Assembly: GCA_963817955.1 (NCBI GenBank)
Contig: CAWFQK010000004.1
Location: forward strand, 1,312,001-1,376,000
Source of the DNA: an uncultured Gemmatimonadaceae bacterium
GTDB taxonomy: Bacteria; Gemmatimonadota; Gemmatimonadetes; Gemmatimonadales; Gemmatimonadaceae
Length of the DNA: 64,000 bases
Reading direction: 5' to 3'
The notes under the pieces were generated by a model. The model made no database searches and was not told where the DNA came from. It was given only the letters and a program-made list of their open reading frames with translations. The position numbers were made by a program, and so were the translations under genes. The first letter of the stretch is position 1. Every line of letters begins with the position of its first letter. This document shows positions 19,761-30,235 of the stretch, piece after piece.

Positions 19761-22010
19761 CTACTTATCCGCGGCAGCCGCTGCTGGCTTCTCGTTGAGC
19801 CAGTAGCCGAACCACTGCCGCAGCCGGCTGAGGCGATCCACGAGCAGCCAGGGCTCACCCGTGCGCGACAGGTCGTGATTCGACCGCGGATAGCGCACGA
19901 ATTCGGCAGGCACGTTCTGCTTCTTGAGCGCCATGAACCAGAGCTCCGCATTGCCGATCGGCGTACGGAAGTCCTCCTCGCTCTGCACGAGCAGCGTCGG
20001 CGTCTTCACCTTGTTCACGTAACGGATCGGCGACAACGTGTCGTACATGACCTGATTCTCCCACGGCTTGCCAAAGAACTCGCCCTCGGTGAGACTCTGC
20101 GCGTCGGAGGCCCCGTACCAGAAGGTCCACTCGCTGATCATGCGATCAGTTTCAGCAGCCTTGAACCGATTGGTCTTGGTGGTCACCCATGCCGTCATGA
20201 AGCCGCCGTACGACCCGCCGGTCACGCCCATCTTCGTCGAATCGACGTCGGGGCGCTTCGCGGCGATGTCCACCGCCTTCATGAGATCGGTGTAGTCCTT
20301 TCCGCCCCAGTCGCCGCGGCTCGCGTACGTGAACTCCGTGTTCGTGCCGCTCGATCCTCGCGGATTGGTGAACAGCACCCACATGCCCGCGCCGGCAATG
20401 TTCTGGAATTCGTCGAACCACGCTTCGTTGTAGTCGGAGTGCGGCCCGCCGTGGATGTACATCACGAGCGGGAATTTCTTCGACGCATCGTATCCGTATG
20501 GCTTCATCAGCCACCCTTCTACCTCGACGCCGCCGACCGACTTGTACTTGAATTCCTCGGCGTCAGACCAGGCGACTTCGCTATTCACCTTGTCGTTGAA
20601 CGACGTCAGCTTTCGCTCACCACTGCCGTCGGCATTGGCAATGAACAGTTCCGTCGGATGGGTCACGTCGGTCGAGACATAAACGATGTGCGACTGCGGC
20701 GCGTCGTAGATCGCGCCCGTCACCACGCGCCGGCCGCCGAGGATCGTCGTGATCTTCTTCGTGGCAGGATCGATCATGAACATTCCGCTGCTGCCGCCGC
20801 TGTTCGTCATCATCACGATACTGCCGTTCTTCAGCCATTCGATCGTTCCCGGCTCGTACGTCCACGTGCCCAGGATGTCCTGCGGCTTGCCACCAGTCGC
20901 GTCCACGACAAACAGGCGCTGGTTCCGGAATCGACCGGGCTGTCCGACGAACGCGATCTGCTTGCTGTCTGGCGACCAGGCGATCTGCGTCTCGTTTCCG
21001 TTGTAATCGATGCGGTGCGGCGTGCACTCCGCGCTCTGCGCCTCGCACGCGGCGATGGGCAAGAGGTACACGTCGGTGTCATTGCGAAGCTGCTCGTCAC
21101 GCTTGCGATCGGGTGGCAGCTTGGCGATGGAGTCGCGCTCGGCGGTCACGACGGAATCCGAACGCAGCCGGACGTCGGCAAGGAACGCCACCCACTTGCC
21201 GTCTGGAGACACGACGGCGCTGCGATGCGAATACTTGGTGCTGGTGAGCGCCTTGCGTGGCGTTCCCGGACGCTCGATGTAGATCTGTGAGACCACGGGA
21301 GCTGGCGTGCGCGGCGCGGTGCGCGGACCGGGCAACAGCCCCTGCCCGTTGGCTTTATACACCATCTGCGTGATCTGACGCCCGTCGAATCGCACCGGAT
21401 TCTCCGGCTTCGTAATGGCGTCGTATGGCGGCCGCGCCATTGGTTGCATGTGGGCAAACGGATCGTTCGGATTAGTCGACGAGTCGGGCGCGGGCTGTGC
21501 GCCACGGCCGCCGCCACGCCCACCGAAACCGCCACGCCCGCCGTTGTTGTCACCGCTCGTGATGGTGAAGCTCTTGTCGGCCGGCTGCGTACCCTGGCGG
21601 ACCTGCTGCGGACCCGTGGGTTGATACGCCTCACCCGCCGGCTGGTCCATCCGCAGGGCCCAGTTCGCGCCACGTCCGCCGGGACGTTGCGAGGTGAAAT
21701 ACAGAATCTTGCCGTCTTCGGAGAAGCGCGGATTGCTGCTCTCGAAACCCGGCGACGTATAGCGCATTGGCTCGCCACCCTGCGTGGGCACCAGCCACAC
21801 CTCGGAGTGTCGACGGTTCTCCGCTTCCGGAGTTGTGGTAACTGTGAACGCCACCTTGTTGCCATCGGGGGACAAGGCGGGAGTACTCACGGTGGTCACC
21901 TTGTACCAATCAGCCGGCGTGAAAGCGTGTTTCGCCGGCGCGGGCTGCTGCGCGGCAAGACATGCGACCGGCAGCGCGAGCGCGCCCACGACAATTGAGA
22001 AAGTCCGCAT
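19761..22010 (-). CDS. S9 family (prolyl oligopeptidase/acylaminoacyl) peptidase
   Basis: IHGGPH, GGSYGG nucleophile, EDFRT and NHDL; beta-propeller repeats; signal peptide. Confidence 0.92.
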   Translation of the reverse strand: MRTFSIVVGALALPVACLAAQQPAPAKHAFTPADWYKVTTVSTPALSPDGNKVAFTVTTTPEAENRRHSEVWLVPTQGGEPMRYTSPGFESSNPRFSEDGKILYFTSQRPGGRGANWALRMDQPAGEAYQPTGPQQVRQGTQPADKSFTITSGDNNGGRGGFGGRGGGRGAQPAPDSSTNPNDPFAHMQPMARPPYDAITKPENPVRFDGRQITQMVYKANGQGLLPGPRTAPRTPAPVVSQIYIERPGTPRKALTSTKYSHRSAVVSPDGKWVAFLADVRLRSDSVVTAERDSIAKLPPDRKRDEQLRNDTDVYLLPIAACEAQSAECTPHRIDYNGNETQIAWSPDSKQIAFVGQPGRFRNQRLFVVDATGGKPQDILGTWTYEPGTIEWLKNGSIVMMTNSGGSSGMFMIDPATKKITTILGGRRVVTGAIYDAPQSHIVYVSTDVTHPTELFIANADGSGERKLTSFNDKVNSEVAWSDAEEFKYKSVGGVEVEGWLMKPYGYDASKKFPLVMYIHGGPHSDYNEAWFDEFQNIAGAGMWVLFTNPRGSSGTNTEFTYASRGDWGGKDYTDLMKAVDIAAKRPDVDSTKMGVTGGSYGGFMTAWVTTKTNRFKAAETDRMISEWTFWYGASDAQSLTEGEFFGKPWENQVMYDTLSPIRYVNKVKTPTLLVQSEEDFRTPIGNAELWFMALKKQNVPAEFVRYPRSNHDLSRTGEPWLLVDRLSRLRQWFGYWLNEKPAAAAADK

Positions 22011-22071
22011 CGATCAACTCCGGTATGGTGGGGGGTGGGATGAACGTTGGTACATCCACCCGACTACAGCA

Positions 22072-23370
22072 TTAACGCATTGCTGGCACGGACGTTGGCG
22101 AAGGCATCCCGTCGCGGATACCAGTCCGCGGATCGCTCTTGCGACGTCCCTTTTCCTGATACATCGCGCGGTCTGCGCGCTCGATCGCAAATCCCAGGTC
22201 CTCGGAGCTCTCATAGTCCGCGGCACCAAGGCTCACCTGAAGCGGTACCGTTCCGGCGCCTGCGCCAGGCACCGGTCCGGCACTGTCGATGGCACGCTGG
22301 AGCCGCAGGAGGACGTCGGACGTATGCGCTGACGGCAGGATGAGCAGGAATTCGTCGCCGCCCCAGCGATACAACTTGTCGTACGAGCGGAGGGTTGCCC
22401 GCAGCACGTCAGCGCATCGACGCAACAGCAGATCGCCCGCCGAGTGTCCAAAGCGGTCGTTGACCATCTTCAAGTTATCGAGATCGGCGAGCACCACGGT
22501 GCCGAACGTCGCGCGAACCATTTCCAGACCGACGCCTTCAACGTAGGCCCGACGGTTCAGTGAGTCGGTCAACGCATCGTACAGCGCGGCGCGGCGTAGC
22601 TGATCATGCGTCACACGCAACTCGGCCTGCGCATCGTCCACCTCGCGCTTGGAGTCCTCCATGAGCACGAGGATCATGGCGTACCCCAACAGAAGGTTGC
22701 CCATGAGGTCGAAATATGAATTGAACGCGACCATCACTCGGGCACTATCCGCGAGCGATGTGGGAAATTGGCGGATCGACACTGCAAAGGCCCCTGCGTA
22801 CGCCAACCAGAGGCACGCGAGCGTCGCGAAGCAAATGCCTGTGGTGACGCTGCCAATCGTACGCCGCGGGCGCGGCAACCAAAGAAACGCAGAGGCGCAG
22901 TAGCCGAGCGCGGGGACGGCGAGCGCACTCTGCCAGATTACCATCTCGGCGAGGCCATGACTCGAACCAACCGTCGAAATAACCGCGAACAGTATCGCGC
23001 CAGCCCAGAGCCTGCGCGTGGCGCCGACGCCGGACGGCGCGCCAGCAACGTACATCAGCGTGCCGCGCAGGAAGAAGATGAACCCGAGCCCTTTGCTCAT
23101 CTGGTAGATGAAATAGAGGGCCCGAATCACTGGGTCCGACTCCGCCCGTTGCGCGCTGATAATGCCCGGGACGAGCAGGTACCGCACGGCCAGTGCAAAA
23201 ATGGCGACGGTCAGCGCCCCCCAAGCGGCCGCCCAGGCACTGAAGTAGGCCCGCCGGAGAACGAAGTGGCGCAAGATCAGAAACAGCCCAAGGAGCATCA
23301 GAGCGCCGACGAACTGCACGGCGACGCCAAGAAACACTAGTACTGGGAATGTCTGGGACGGTGGCTGCAT
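22072..23370 (-). CDS. Membrane-bound diguanylate cyclase
   Basis: ~7 TM N-terminus; DALT, NDRFGHSAGD, RSYD I-site and GGDEF. Confidence 0.9.
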   Translation of the reverse strand: MQPPSQTFPVLVFLGVAVQFVGALMLLGLFLILRHFVLRRAYFSAWAAAWGALTVAIFALAVRYLLVPGIISAQRAESDPVIRALYFIYQMSKGLGFIFFLRGTLMYVAGAPSGVGATRRLWAGAILFAVISTVGSSHGLAEMVIWQSALAVPALGYCASAFLWLPRPRRTIGSVTTGICFATLACLWLAYAGAFAVSIRQFPTSLADSARVMVAFNSYFDLMGNLLLGYAMILVLMEDSKREVDDAQAELRVTHDQLRRAALYDALTDSLNRRAYVEGVGLEMVRATFGTVVLADLDNLKMVNDRFGHSAGDLLLRRCADVLRATLRSYDKLYRWGGDEFLLILPSAHTSDVLLRLQRAIDSAGPVPGAGAGTVPLQVSLGAADYESSEDLGFAIERADRAMYQEKGRRKSDPRTGIRDGMPSPTSVPAMR

Positions 23371-23560
23371 GCGACGAGGTCGCCGGGGTAGCTACAGACT
23401 AGCCCGCTTAAGTTGTGTCCCCTTTCGTCCCACGTCCAGGGTTCCACGTCACCAAAAGACAACGGCCTGAAGCCGAAGCTCCAGACCGTTGTCTTTCCGC
23501 GGAGGGAGAGGACGTGCCCACCCGCACGCCCGGGCTCACTCTCGCGCCCCAATCGTACCC

Positions 23561-24058
23561 TTATGCGCCAGGACTGCGACGGCTGCCCTTCATCTTCTGC
23601 GCGCGCTGGGCGATCCGTTGCTTGAGCCGCGCGACATTGGCGTCGAAAGTGGGCTGATGCTCCGGCGTCAACGCGGCGCGAATGTCATTCCGCTCGGCCA
23701 TGAGGAGCTGTTTCGTCTGATCGCGTTGCGCGCTTGACTGCTGCCAGAGGGCCTTCAATGCCGCCGTGTCGCCACGCTGCCGTGCCGCGCGCGCTTCCAA
23801 CAGCTTGGGCTTCAGCTCCGCCCGGAGTGCCTTGATCTGCGGAGCGTACTTGGCTCGAACGGCCTTGAGATTCGCCTTCTCAGCGTCGCTCAGCGTGATG
23901 CCCCGGAACAACTGCCCTCGAAGATTCCTGGCGAGCCGGCCGCGGGCACCGTTGGCAAGCGGACGCTGCGGCGTCGGAGTCACCTGCTGCGCGGACGAGA
24001 CAACGGCCCCACCGAACACGAGCAGAGCAGCAGCAAGCGTGGAACGAATATACGTCAT
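23561..24058 (-). CDS. Spy/CpxP-family periplasmic helical protein
   Basis: Signal peptide; LSDAEK and LTPEHQ (LTxxQ-like) motifs. Confidence 0.7.
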   Translation of the reverse strand: MTYIRSTLAAALLVFGGAVVSSAQQVTPTPQRPLANGARGRLARNLRGQLFRGITLSDAEKANLKAVRAKYAPQIKALRAELKPKLLEARAARQRGDTAALKALWQQSSAQRDQTKQLLMAERNDIRAALTPEHQPTFDANVARLKQRIAQRAQKMKGSRRSPGA

Positions 24059-24140
24059 GGTGATCCTCCACCAGTTTATGGTCGGCGCACCTGCGCCGTC
24101 GAACTGGTAGACGCGGTGATCATGGCAGCGTTAATCCTGG

Positions 24141-24217
24141 GACACGGGACACGAGACACGAGACACGAGACACGAGACACGAGACACGGGACACGGGACA
24201 CGGGACACGGGACACGG
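24141..24217 (+). repeat. Heptamer tandem array (GACACGR)x11
   Basis: Eleven consecutive GACACGG/GACACGA units. Confidence 0.95.
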
Positions 24218-24278
24218 GACGCTCACCGACCGGCGAGAATGGGTTTAAGGACCCAATCTCGTCGGGCCCGGCCGGGCT

Positions 24279-24680
24279 CTACGCGTTTCCGACGTACGCA
24301 ACTGCGCTGACTTCCACCAGGATGTCTCGCAGACTCGCGCCAAGCGCAGTGCGGGTGGGGTAAGGCTGCGGCATCAGTTCCTTGTACACGGCGTTGAACG
24401 CTCCCCAGTCGTCGATGTCCGCGAGGTAGACGGTCATGGACACAACATCGGACAGCGACGCATGCGCCGCTTCGAGCGCTCGCCGTACATTGGCGATGAC
24501 CTGTTTCGTCTGCGATTCGATGTCCGGTCCGGCCATCTCGCCTGTTGCAGGGTCGCGTGGAACCTGCCCCGACACGAACACGAACCCACCCGCCCGGACG
24601 GCTGGAGAGTAGGCGCCCGCCGGCGGCGGAACTTCACCGCCGAGTCGCACCGGTTGCCACTGTCGTTCACCCTGTGTCAT
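24279..24680 (-). CDS. RidA/YjgF family enamine deaminase
   Basis: YSPAVRAG, VSGQVP, FNAVY, PTRT and VEVSAVA motifs. Confidence 0.9.
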   Translation of the reverse strand: MTQGERQWQPVRLGGEVPPPAGAYSPAVRAGGFVFVSGQVPRDPATGEMAGPDIESQTKQVIANVRRALEAAHASLSDVVSMTVYLADIDDWGAFNAVYKELMPQPYPTRTALGASLRDILVEVSAVAYVGNA

Positions 24681-24715
24681 TTATCGTTCTCCATTATTGA
24701 GGTTGCCCGTACGAC

Positions 24716-25840
24716 ATGTCGCTAAACATCGCTGAACTCGAAACGCCGGTGCCGGTAGTCGACCTGGACCGGATGACCCGTAATCTCGACCGCGCGGCGG
24801 CGTACGCAACCACGCACGGCCTCGGGCTACGCCCGCACATCAAGACGCACAAGTCACCGCGCGTCGCCAGCGAACAACTCGAGCGCGGCGCTGTGGGGCT
24901 CACCTGCGCGACCGCATTCGAGGCCGAAGTCATGAGTGCGGTCTGCGACGATATCCTGCTCGCGTACCCTCCGGTCGGCGCCACGCGGGCAGCTCGGATT
25001 GCGGCGCTGCCCGGGAGCACGAAGATCACGGTCGCGCTGGATTCGCTCGCGGCGCTGAAGTCCATTGCGCAGGCGGCGCATGATGCTGACCGGACGGTAG
25101 GCGTCTACATCGAGCTCGATCTCGGCATGCACCGAGTAGGATTGCCCGCAATCGACGACGCCGTGACCTTGGCGCGCGCCATCGCCGGGCCGCTGACGTT
25201 CGAGGGCATTGCCTTCTACCCCGGTCACGTTCGCGAGCAAGTCGGGCTACAATCGTCCAAGTTGGAGGAACTCGACGCCGCGATCACCACCGCCATCACC
25301 GCGTTCGATCGCGCGGGACTCCACCCGCAAGTGGTGAGCGGCGGCTCGACGCCAACGATGTGGCACACGCACGAACTGCGAGGTGTCACCGAAATGCGCC
25401 CAGGCACCTATGTCTACAATGATCGCACCACAGCCGCGATCGGCGCGTGCACCTGGGACGACTGCGCTCTCACCGTTCTCGCGACCGTTGTCAGTACCGC
25501 CGTGCCTGGACAGGCCGTGATCGACGCCGGCACCAAGTCGCTCGGTCGCGAGCCAATGCGCGGCGCGGATACAGCCGACGGGTTTGGCTCGCTGCTCGAA
25601 CATCCCGACGTGGTCGTAAAGGCCATGTCCGAAGAACATGGCACGCTCGATCTCTCGAAAACGAATTGGCGGCCAGTCATCGGTGACAAGGTGCGTGTCA
25701 TTCCGAACCACGTCTGCATCGTGGTGCATTTGAACGATGTCGTCGCCGGCGTCCGCGGCGATGTGGTGGAGACGAGCTGGCCGGTGACGGCGCGGGGGCG
25801 GGGGTACCGATTGGAGGAGGGAGCTCTCGGAGGTCGTTAG
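24716..25840 (+). CDS. PLP-dependent fold-type III enzyme (DSD1 / D-threonine aldolase family)
   Basis: LRPHIKTHK (PLP Lys), SGGSTPT, EMRPGTY, SEEHG and PNHVC motifs. Confidence 0.88.
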   Translation: MSLNIAELETPVPVVDLDRMTRNLDRAAAYATTHGLGLRPHIKTHKSPRVASEQLERGAVGLTCATAFEAEVMSAVCDDILLAYPPVGATRAARIAALPGSTKITVALDSLAALKSIAQAAHDADRTVGVYIELDLGMHRVGLPAIDDAVTLARAIAGPLTFEGIAFYPGHVREQVGLQSSKLEELDAAITTAITAFDRAGLHPQVVSGGSTPTMWHTHELRGVTEMRPGTYVYNDRTTAAIGACTWDDCALTVLATVVSTAVPGQAVIDAGTKSLGREPMRGADTADGFGSLLEHPDVVVKAMSEEHGTLDLSKTNWRPVIGDKVRVIPNHVCIVVHLNDVVAGVRGDVVETSWPVTARGRGYRLEEGALGGR

Positions 25841-25944
25841 TCGTGCTTTGTGCATGACGCGAGCGTGCGATTGGGCTCCGGGTTTTGACCGGCTGGGTGT
25901 CGCTGGCTGCTCCGTAGCGGTCGGCCCACCGGTCGGCGAGGTTC

Positions 25945-25999
25945 GAGTTTCCAGTTGTGAGTTGTGCGTTGTGAGTTTCTCGTGTCTCGTGTCGCGTGT
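25945..25999 (-). repeat. Degenerate heptamer array, including an inverted copy of GACACGR
   Basis: AGTTGTG-like units followed by TCTCGTG TCTCGTG TCGCGTG, the reverse complement of the 24141 unit. Confidence 0.65.
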
Positions 26000-27594
26000 T
26001 AGTGCGCCATGCCGCCCATACCGCGCCCTTTCCCGGTCTTGAACAGAAAGAGTAGTGGGAGACTCGCTAATAGAATCATGCCGCTCAATATGTAGATCCT
26101 GGAGAACGCAAGGACGCTGGCTTGGGCTTGGATCTGATGATCGAGAAACACGAGCGTCTGCTGCTTGGCCGTGATTGGATTGACGCCACGCGCGACCAGT
26201 CCGCGCGTAATGCCCTCGACGCGGCTGAGTGTCGTGGGATCCATTGTCGTTACATCCTCGGTGAGCAGCGCTTTGCGCACTGTCGTGAAGCGCGTGAGCA
26301 GCGTTGCCATGATCGCAATGCCAAGCGAGCCCCCGAGTTGGCGCGTGAGATTGAACATGCCCGTTCCCTGCGCCAGTTCTGACATCTTCAGCTCAGCCAT
26401 CGACGCATTGGTGAGCGGCACGAAGATCAATCCGAGCCCCACCCCTCGAATGATGAGCGGCCAGAACGTCTGTTCCGGACCGCTGGCCAACGTCATGCGC
26501 GCAAGTAGCCACATGGAAATGAAGAACAGGAACGCGCCGATCGCGACGGTGATGCGCGCGTCGAGGCGATTGGCGTTCTTGCCCACGAACGCCATGGTGA
26601 ACGCGGATGCGATGGCACCTGGCAGAATGACAAGACCAGTCTGATTTGCCGTGAGCCCATGCAGATTCTGCAGGAAGATCGGCAGCACGAAGATCGAGCC
26701 GAACAACGCGAGTCCCAGCACGGCGGCAATGCTCACCCCAGCGGCGAGCTGGCGGCTCTTCAACACGCGCAGGTTGATGATCGGCTCGTCAACGCGCAGC
26801 TCATGCCAGATGAGCCACACGAACGACACGACGGACGTGATCGCCAGGCTCGTCACGAATCGGGAATCGAACCAGTCGTACCGCTCGCCCTTTTCGAGCA
26901 TCCACTGCAGCGAGCCGACGCACGTTGCCAACAGGACGAAACCGAGCACGTCGATCTTGTCGGCACGCTCCTGGTGCGCCGCATCGTGCACGTACGTCAC
27001 CACCATGATCGCCGCGAGGATGCCGAGCGGCACGTTGATGTAGAAGATCCAGGGCCAGTTGTAGTTATCGACGATCCAGCCGCCAAGCGTCGGTCCCAGC
27101 GTGGGGCCGACCATCACGCCGACGCCGAACATCGCTTGCCCAATACCTACCTCTTCCGGCGGGAAGGACTCGAACAGCGTCGTCTGCGCCGTGGAGAGCA
27201 ATGCACCGCCGCCAATGCCCTGCACCACGCGCCAGAGGACCAGACCGCCAAGCGACGTCGCCGCGCCACACATGAACGAGGCGGCGACGAAGAGCAGAAT
27301 CGAGCCGGTGAGATAGCGCTTGCGGCCGAAATAGGCCGACAGCCACCCGGACATCGGGATGACGATGACGTTGGCGATGATGTAGCCCGTACTGACCCAC
27401 GAAATCTCATCAAGCGTGGCGCCGAGATTTCCCATCATGTGGGGAATGGCGACGTTGACAATCGAGGTGTCGATCAGCTCGAGCACCGCCGCGAGCGTGA
27501 CCGCGATGGCGATGAGATATTTGAACTTGTATTTGTCCTCGACCGGCGCAGCGATGTGCGCAGGCAGAGGCAGAGACAGCATGTCGGCAGGCAT
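25999..27594 (-). CDS. DHA2 (EmrB-like) MFS efflux permease
   Basis: DTSIVNVAIP, WVSTGY, GPTLGG and WPWIFYINVP; 14-TM pattern. Confidence 0.92.
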   Translation of the reverse strand: MPADMLSLPLPAHIAAPVEDKYKFKYLIAIAVTLAAVLELIDTSIVNVAIPHMMGNLGATLDEISWVSTGYIIANVIVIPMSGWLSAYFGRKRYLTGSILLFVAASFMCGAATSLGGLVLWRVVQGIGGGALLSTAQTTLFESFPPEEVGIGQAMFGVGVMVGPTLGPTLGGWIVDNYNWPWIFYINVPLGILAAIMVVTYVHDAAHQERADKIDVLGFVLLATCVGSLQWMLEKGERYDWFDSRFVTSLAITSVVSFVWLIWHELRVDEPIINLRVLKSRQLAAGVSIAAVLGLALFGSIFVLPIFLQNLHGLTANQTGLVILPGAIASAFTMAFVGKNANRLDARITVAIGAFLFFISMWLLARMTLASGPEQTFWPLIIRGVGLGLIFVPLTNASMAELKMSELAQGTGMFNLTRQLGGSLGIAIMATLLTRFTTVRKALLTEDVTTMDPTTLSRVEGITRGLVARGVNPITAKQQTLVFLDHQIQAQASVLAFSRIYILSGMILLASLPLLFLFKTGKGRGMGGMAH

Positions 27595-27603
27595 GATGCT
27601 TGG

Positions 27604-27645
27604 CTACTGATGACTGATGACTGATTACTGATCACTGATTACTGA
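27604..27645 (+). repeat. Heptamer tandem array (NNACTGA)x6
   Basis: CTACTGA TGACTGA TGACTGA TTACTGA TCACTGA TTACTGA in the gap between the HlyD and MFS genes. Confidence 0.85.
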
Positions 27646-27680
27646 CCGGCCCTGTGCCAGTCAGAACGACCAGTCCCAGC

Positions 27681-28808
27681 TCAGCACTTTCCGGCCGGCA
27701 GCTTCGTATCGACGTGCACCGTGACGGACATGCCGGGGCGAAGCGGGCGATCGTTGCCGAGGGCCTGCCGCACGCGGACGCGGACCGGCACGCGCTGTAC
27801 GACCTTGGTGAAGTTGCCGGTGGCGTTGTCGGGCGGCAGGAGGGCGAATTTCGAACCGGTTGCCGCACTCACGCTTTCCACACAGCCCGTGGCCGTGGCA
27901 CCGTCGTAGGCATCGACACTGATCTCCGCCGGCTGCCCGACGCGAATGTCGGCGAGCTGCGTTTCCTTGAAGTTCGCCGTGACGAACACCCCCGTGTCGG
28001 TGACGATCGTCAGGAGCGGCTGGCCGGCCTGAACGAGCTGGCCGGGCTCCACCTGCTTCCGCGACACGATTCCACTGGCCGGCGCGAGCACGCGCGTGTA
28101 ACTGAGCTGGAGCGCCGCGTTATCACGAGCCGCCTGCGCTCCGGCCAAGCGCGCCGTCGCCAAGCGTACGCCGGCTTGCGCGCCGGCGACCGAGCCCCCG
28201 GCGGCTGTGGTCTGCCGTTGCAGAGCCACCACGTTCGCCGCTGCCGCTTCCGCCGCGGCGGAGGCCGCGTCGAGCTGCATCTTGGACACGACCTGCTTCG
28301 CCGCCAGCTCTTCCATGCGGGCGAGGTCCTTCCGCGCCTTCAATTCGTTGGCGCGTGCGGCCGTGATCTGCGCATCGAGCGCTGCACGTTGGCCGGACGC
28401 CTGCTCCACCATGGCCTGCGCTTGGCCACCCGATCCGGCGCCTCCCGCCGAAGCCCGCGCAGCGGCGAGGTCTGCCTCTGCCTGCGCGACGCGCACCCGA
28501 TACTCGGCCGGATCGATCTGCACGAGCAGGGAATCCGTCGTGACGTGATCGTTGTCGCTGATGGTCACCGACTGCACGTACCCGCTCACCTTGGCGAGCA
28601 CTGGAACGAGATGTCCGTCGATCGCCGCGTCGTCGGTGGACTCATGACTGCGGCCATAGCTCCACTGCTTGACGCCCCAGATCGCTGCGATGAGCAGGAC
28701 GACGGCGACGATTGGAAGAACGATGCGCCGCTTGCCACTCTTCGGCGAGTCGGACTCGTCGACGGCGAGATCGCGCTGATCGACATCTTGCTTGAGGACG
28801 GTTGCCAT
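27681..28808 (-). CDS. HlyD/EmrA-family membrane fusion protein
   Basis: STDDA, ANFKETQL and LLPPDNATGNFTKVVQRVPV motifs. Confidence 0.93.
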   Translation of the reverse strand: MATVLKQDVDQRDLAVDESDSPKSGKRRIVLPIVAVVLLIAAIWGVKQWSYGRSHESTDDAAIDGHLVPVLAKVSGYVQSVTISDNDHVTTDSLLVQIDPAEYRVRVAQAEADLAAARASAGGAGSGGQAQAMVEQASGQRAALDAQITAARANELKARKDLARMEELAAKQVVSKMQLDAASAAAEAAAANVVALQRQTTAAGGSVAGAQAGVRLATARLAGAQAARDNAALQLSYTRVLAPASGIVSRKQVEPGQLVQAGQPLLTIVTDTGVFVTANFKETQLADIRVGQPAEISVDAYDGATATGCVESVSAATGSKFALLPPDNATGNFTKVVQRVPVRVRVRQALGNDRPLRPGMSVTVHVDTKLPAGKC

Positions 28809-28837
28809 TGGACAAAAACCAGGTCGATGGTGATCGG

Positions 28838-30235
28838 TTATCGAAGCTGCGAGACCGTGCCTTCGGCTCGAGCGAGCGAGACGCGGGCGGTCTGATATGC
28901 GGTCAGCGCGTCGATGAGTCCCGTACGCGCGCTATTCAACGAGGCCAATGCGGTGATGACATCGGCGTTACCGGATACGCCGGCACGGAAACGTTCCCGT
29001 GCCTGTTCTACTTCCTGTTCGGCGAAACGCTGCCGTTCCTGTGCCGCGTCCACGGCTTCGCGCGCCGAAGCGATATCGAGTATCGCGCCGCGCACGTCCA
29101 CCGCTACCTGCTGCTGCAGATCGCGACGGCGGACGTCGACGTCGTGCAAGACGGCTTCCTGTTCCTGCGCCTGCCCTTCCCGGTGGTGGCCTTCGAATAC
29201 CGGCCACGAGAGCTGAACACCGTAGGTATAGGTATTGAGGAGATGCTTGAAACCGAGGCCGTCGCTCACGCTGCCAGAGAGGCCGTTCGCGCCATCGTTA
29301 CCGAAGACGCCCACCGAGGGCAGGCGCGAAGCGCGCACGACAGCCATTTGCTGCTGGGCCGCGGCGAACTGCGCATCTGCAGCGCGAAGCTCCGGACGGT
29401 TGCGCAGCGCGTTGTCGACGGCGGCTTGCTCGCTCGCCACATCGGGTGGCAGCAACGCCGCCAGGGAGTCGGTGAGCTCGAGTGGAGTATCGAGCGCCAG
29501 ATTCAGCGAGCGCAGGAGATCCAGACGTGAACGATCGCGCTCGTTTCGGGCACCAATGAGCTGCGCGCGGGCGCCGGCCAGCTGCGATTGAGCCCGGGTA
29601 ACGTCGAGCGCAATGCCCACTCCGGCCGTGAGCTGATCGCGCGCGATAGTCAGCAGGTCGGCCGCGACGGTGGAGTCGGCAACACGTGCCAGGAGCGCCG
29701 CGCTGCTCCGCAGCGCGCGAATGTAGGCCATTGCCGCACCGGTGGCCGACTGCTGTGCCGCGACCGCGACATCCGCGTCAGCGGCCGTGACGCCCGAACG
29801 CGCGGCGCGCACCCGCTGGAATGCCGCGGGATTGAACACCGTTTGCGATACCTGACCCCGAAAGTCCCAGAGATTGACCGGACCAATGATCTGACCATTC
29901 GGATTGAGCAGGGGTGGTTGCCCTGGCGCAGACGGAAAGTTGAAGCCGAAGCTGGCGCTATTCAGCGTGTGACTCGTCCAATTGGGCGTCGCGTCGATTT
30001 CCGGCAAGAGCGCCGACCGCGACTGCGTGACCCGCGCTTGGGCCTCCTGGACGCGCGCCTGGGCACTCTGCACGCCGGCCGTTTGCATTGCGGCGAGCCG
30101 CGCGGCATCACCGAGCGACAGGCGGTGCGGCTGCGGCGTCTGTGCTTCCACCGAACGAACGAGGAATGCGAGGAGCGCGACGAGCACCGAGAGACAGGCG
30201 CCAATTCGAATGATCTTGGGATGCATCTTGTTCAT
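28838..30235 (-). CDS. TolC-family outer-membrane efflux protein
   Basis: Signal peptide, two OEP helical repeats (ALRNRPEL; ERFRAGV); operonic with the MFP and MFS genes. Confidence 0.88.
   Translation of the reverse strand: MNKMHPKIIRIGACLSVLVALLAFLVRSVEAQTPQPHRLSLGDAARLAAMQTAGVQSAQARVQEAQARVTQSRSALLPEIDATPNWTSHTLNSASFGFNFPSAPGQPPLLNPNGQIIGPVNLWDFRGQVSQTVFNPAAFQRVRAARSGVTAADADVAVAAQQSATGAAMAYIRALRSSAALLARVADSTVAADLLTIARDQLTAGVGIALDVTRAQSQLAGARAQLIGARNERDRSRLDLLRSLNLALDTPLELTDSLAALLPPDVASEQAAVDNALRNRPELRAADAQFAAAQQQMAVVRASRLPSVGVFGNDGANGLSGSVSDGLGFKHLLNTYTYGVQLSWPVFEGHHREGQAQEQEAVLHDVDVRRRDLQQQVAVDVRGAILDIASAREAVDAAQERQRFAEQEVEQARERFRAGVSGNADVITALASLNSARTGLIDALTAYQTARVSLARAEGTVSQLR

Noticed and set aside
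18852..21290. 812-aa plus-strand ORF
   Set aside because: Antisense shadow of the slt and S9 peptidase genes in high-GC DNA; no recognisable motifs.
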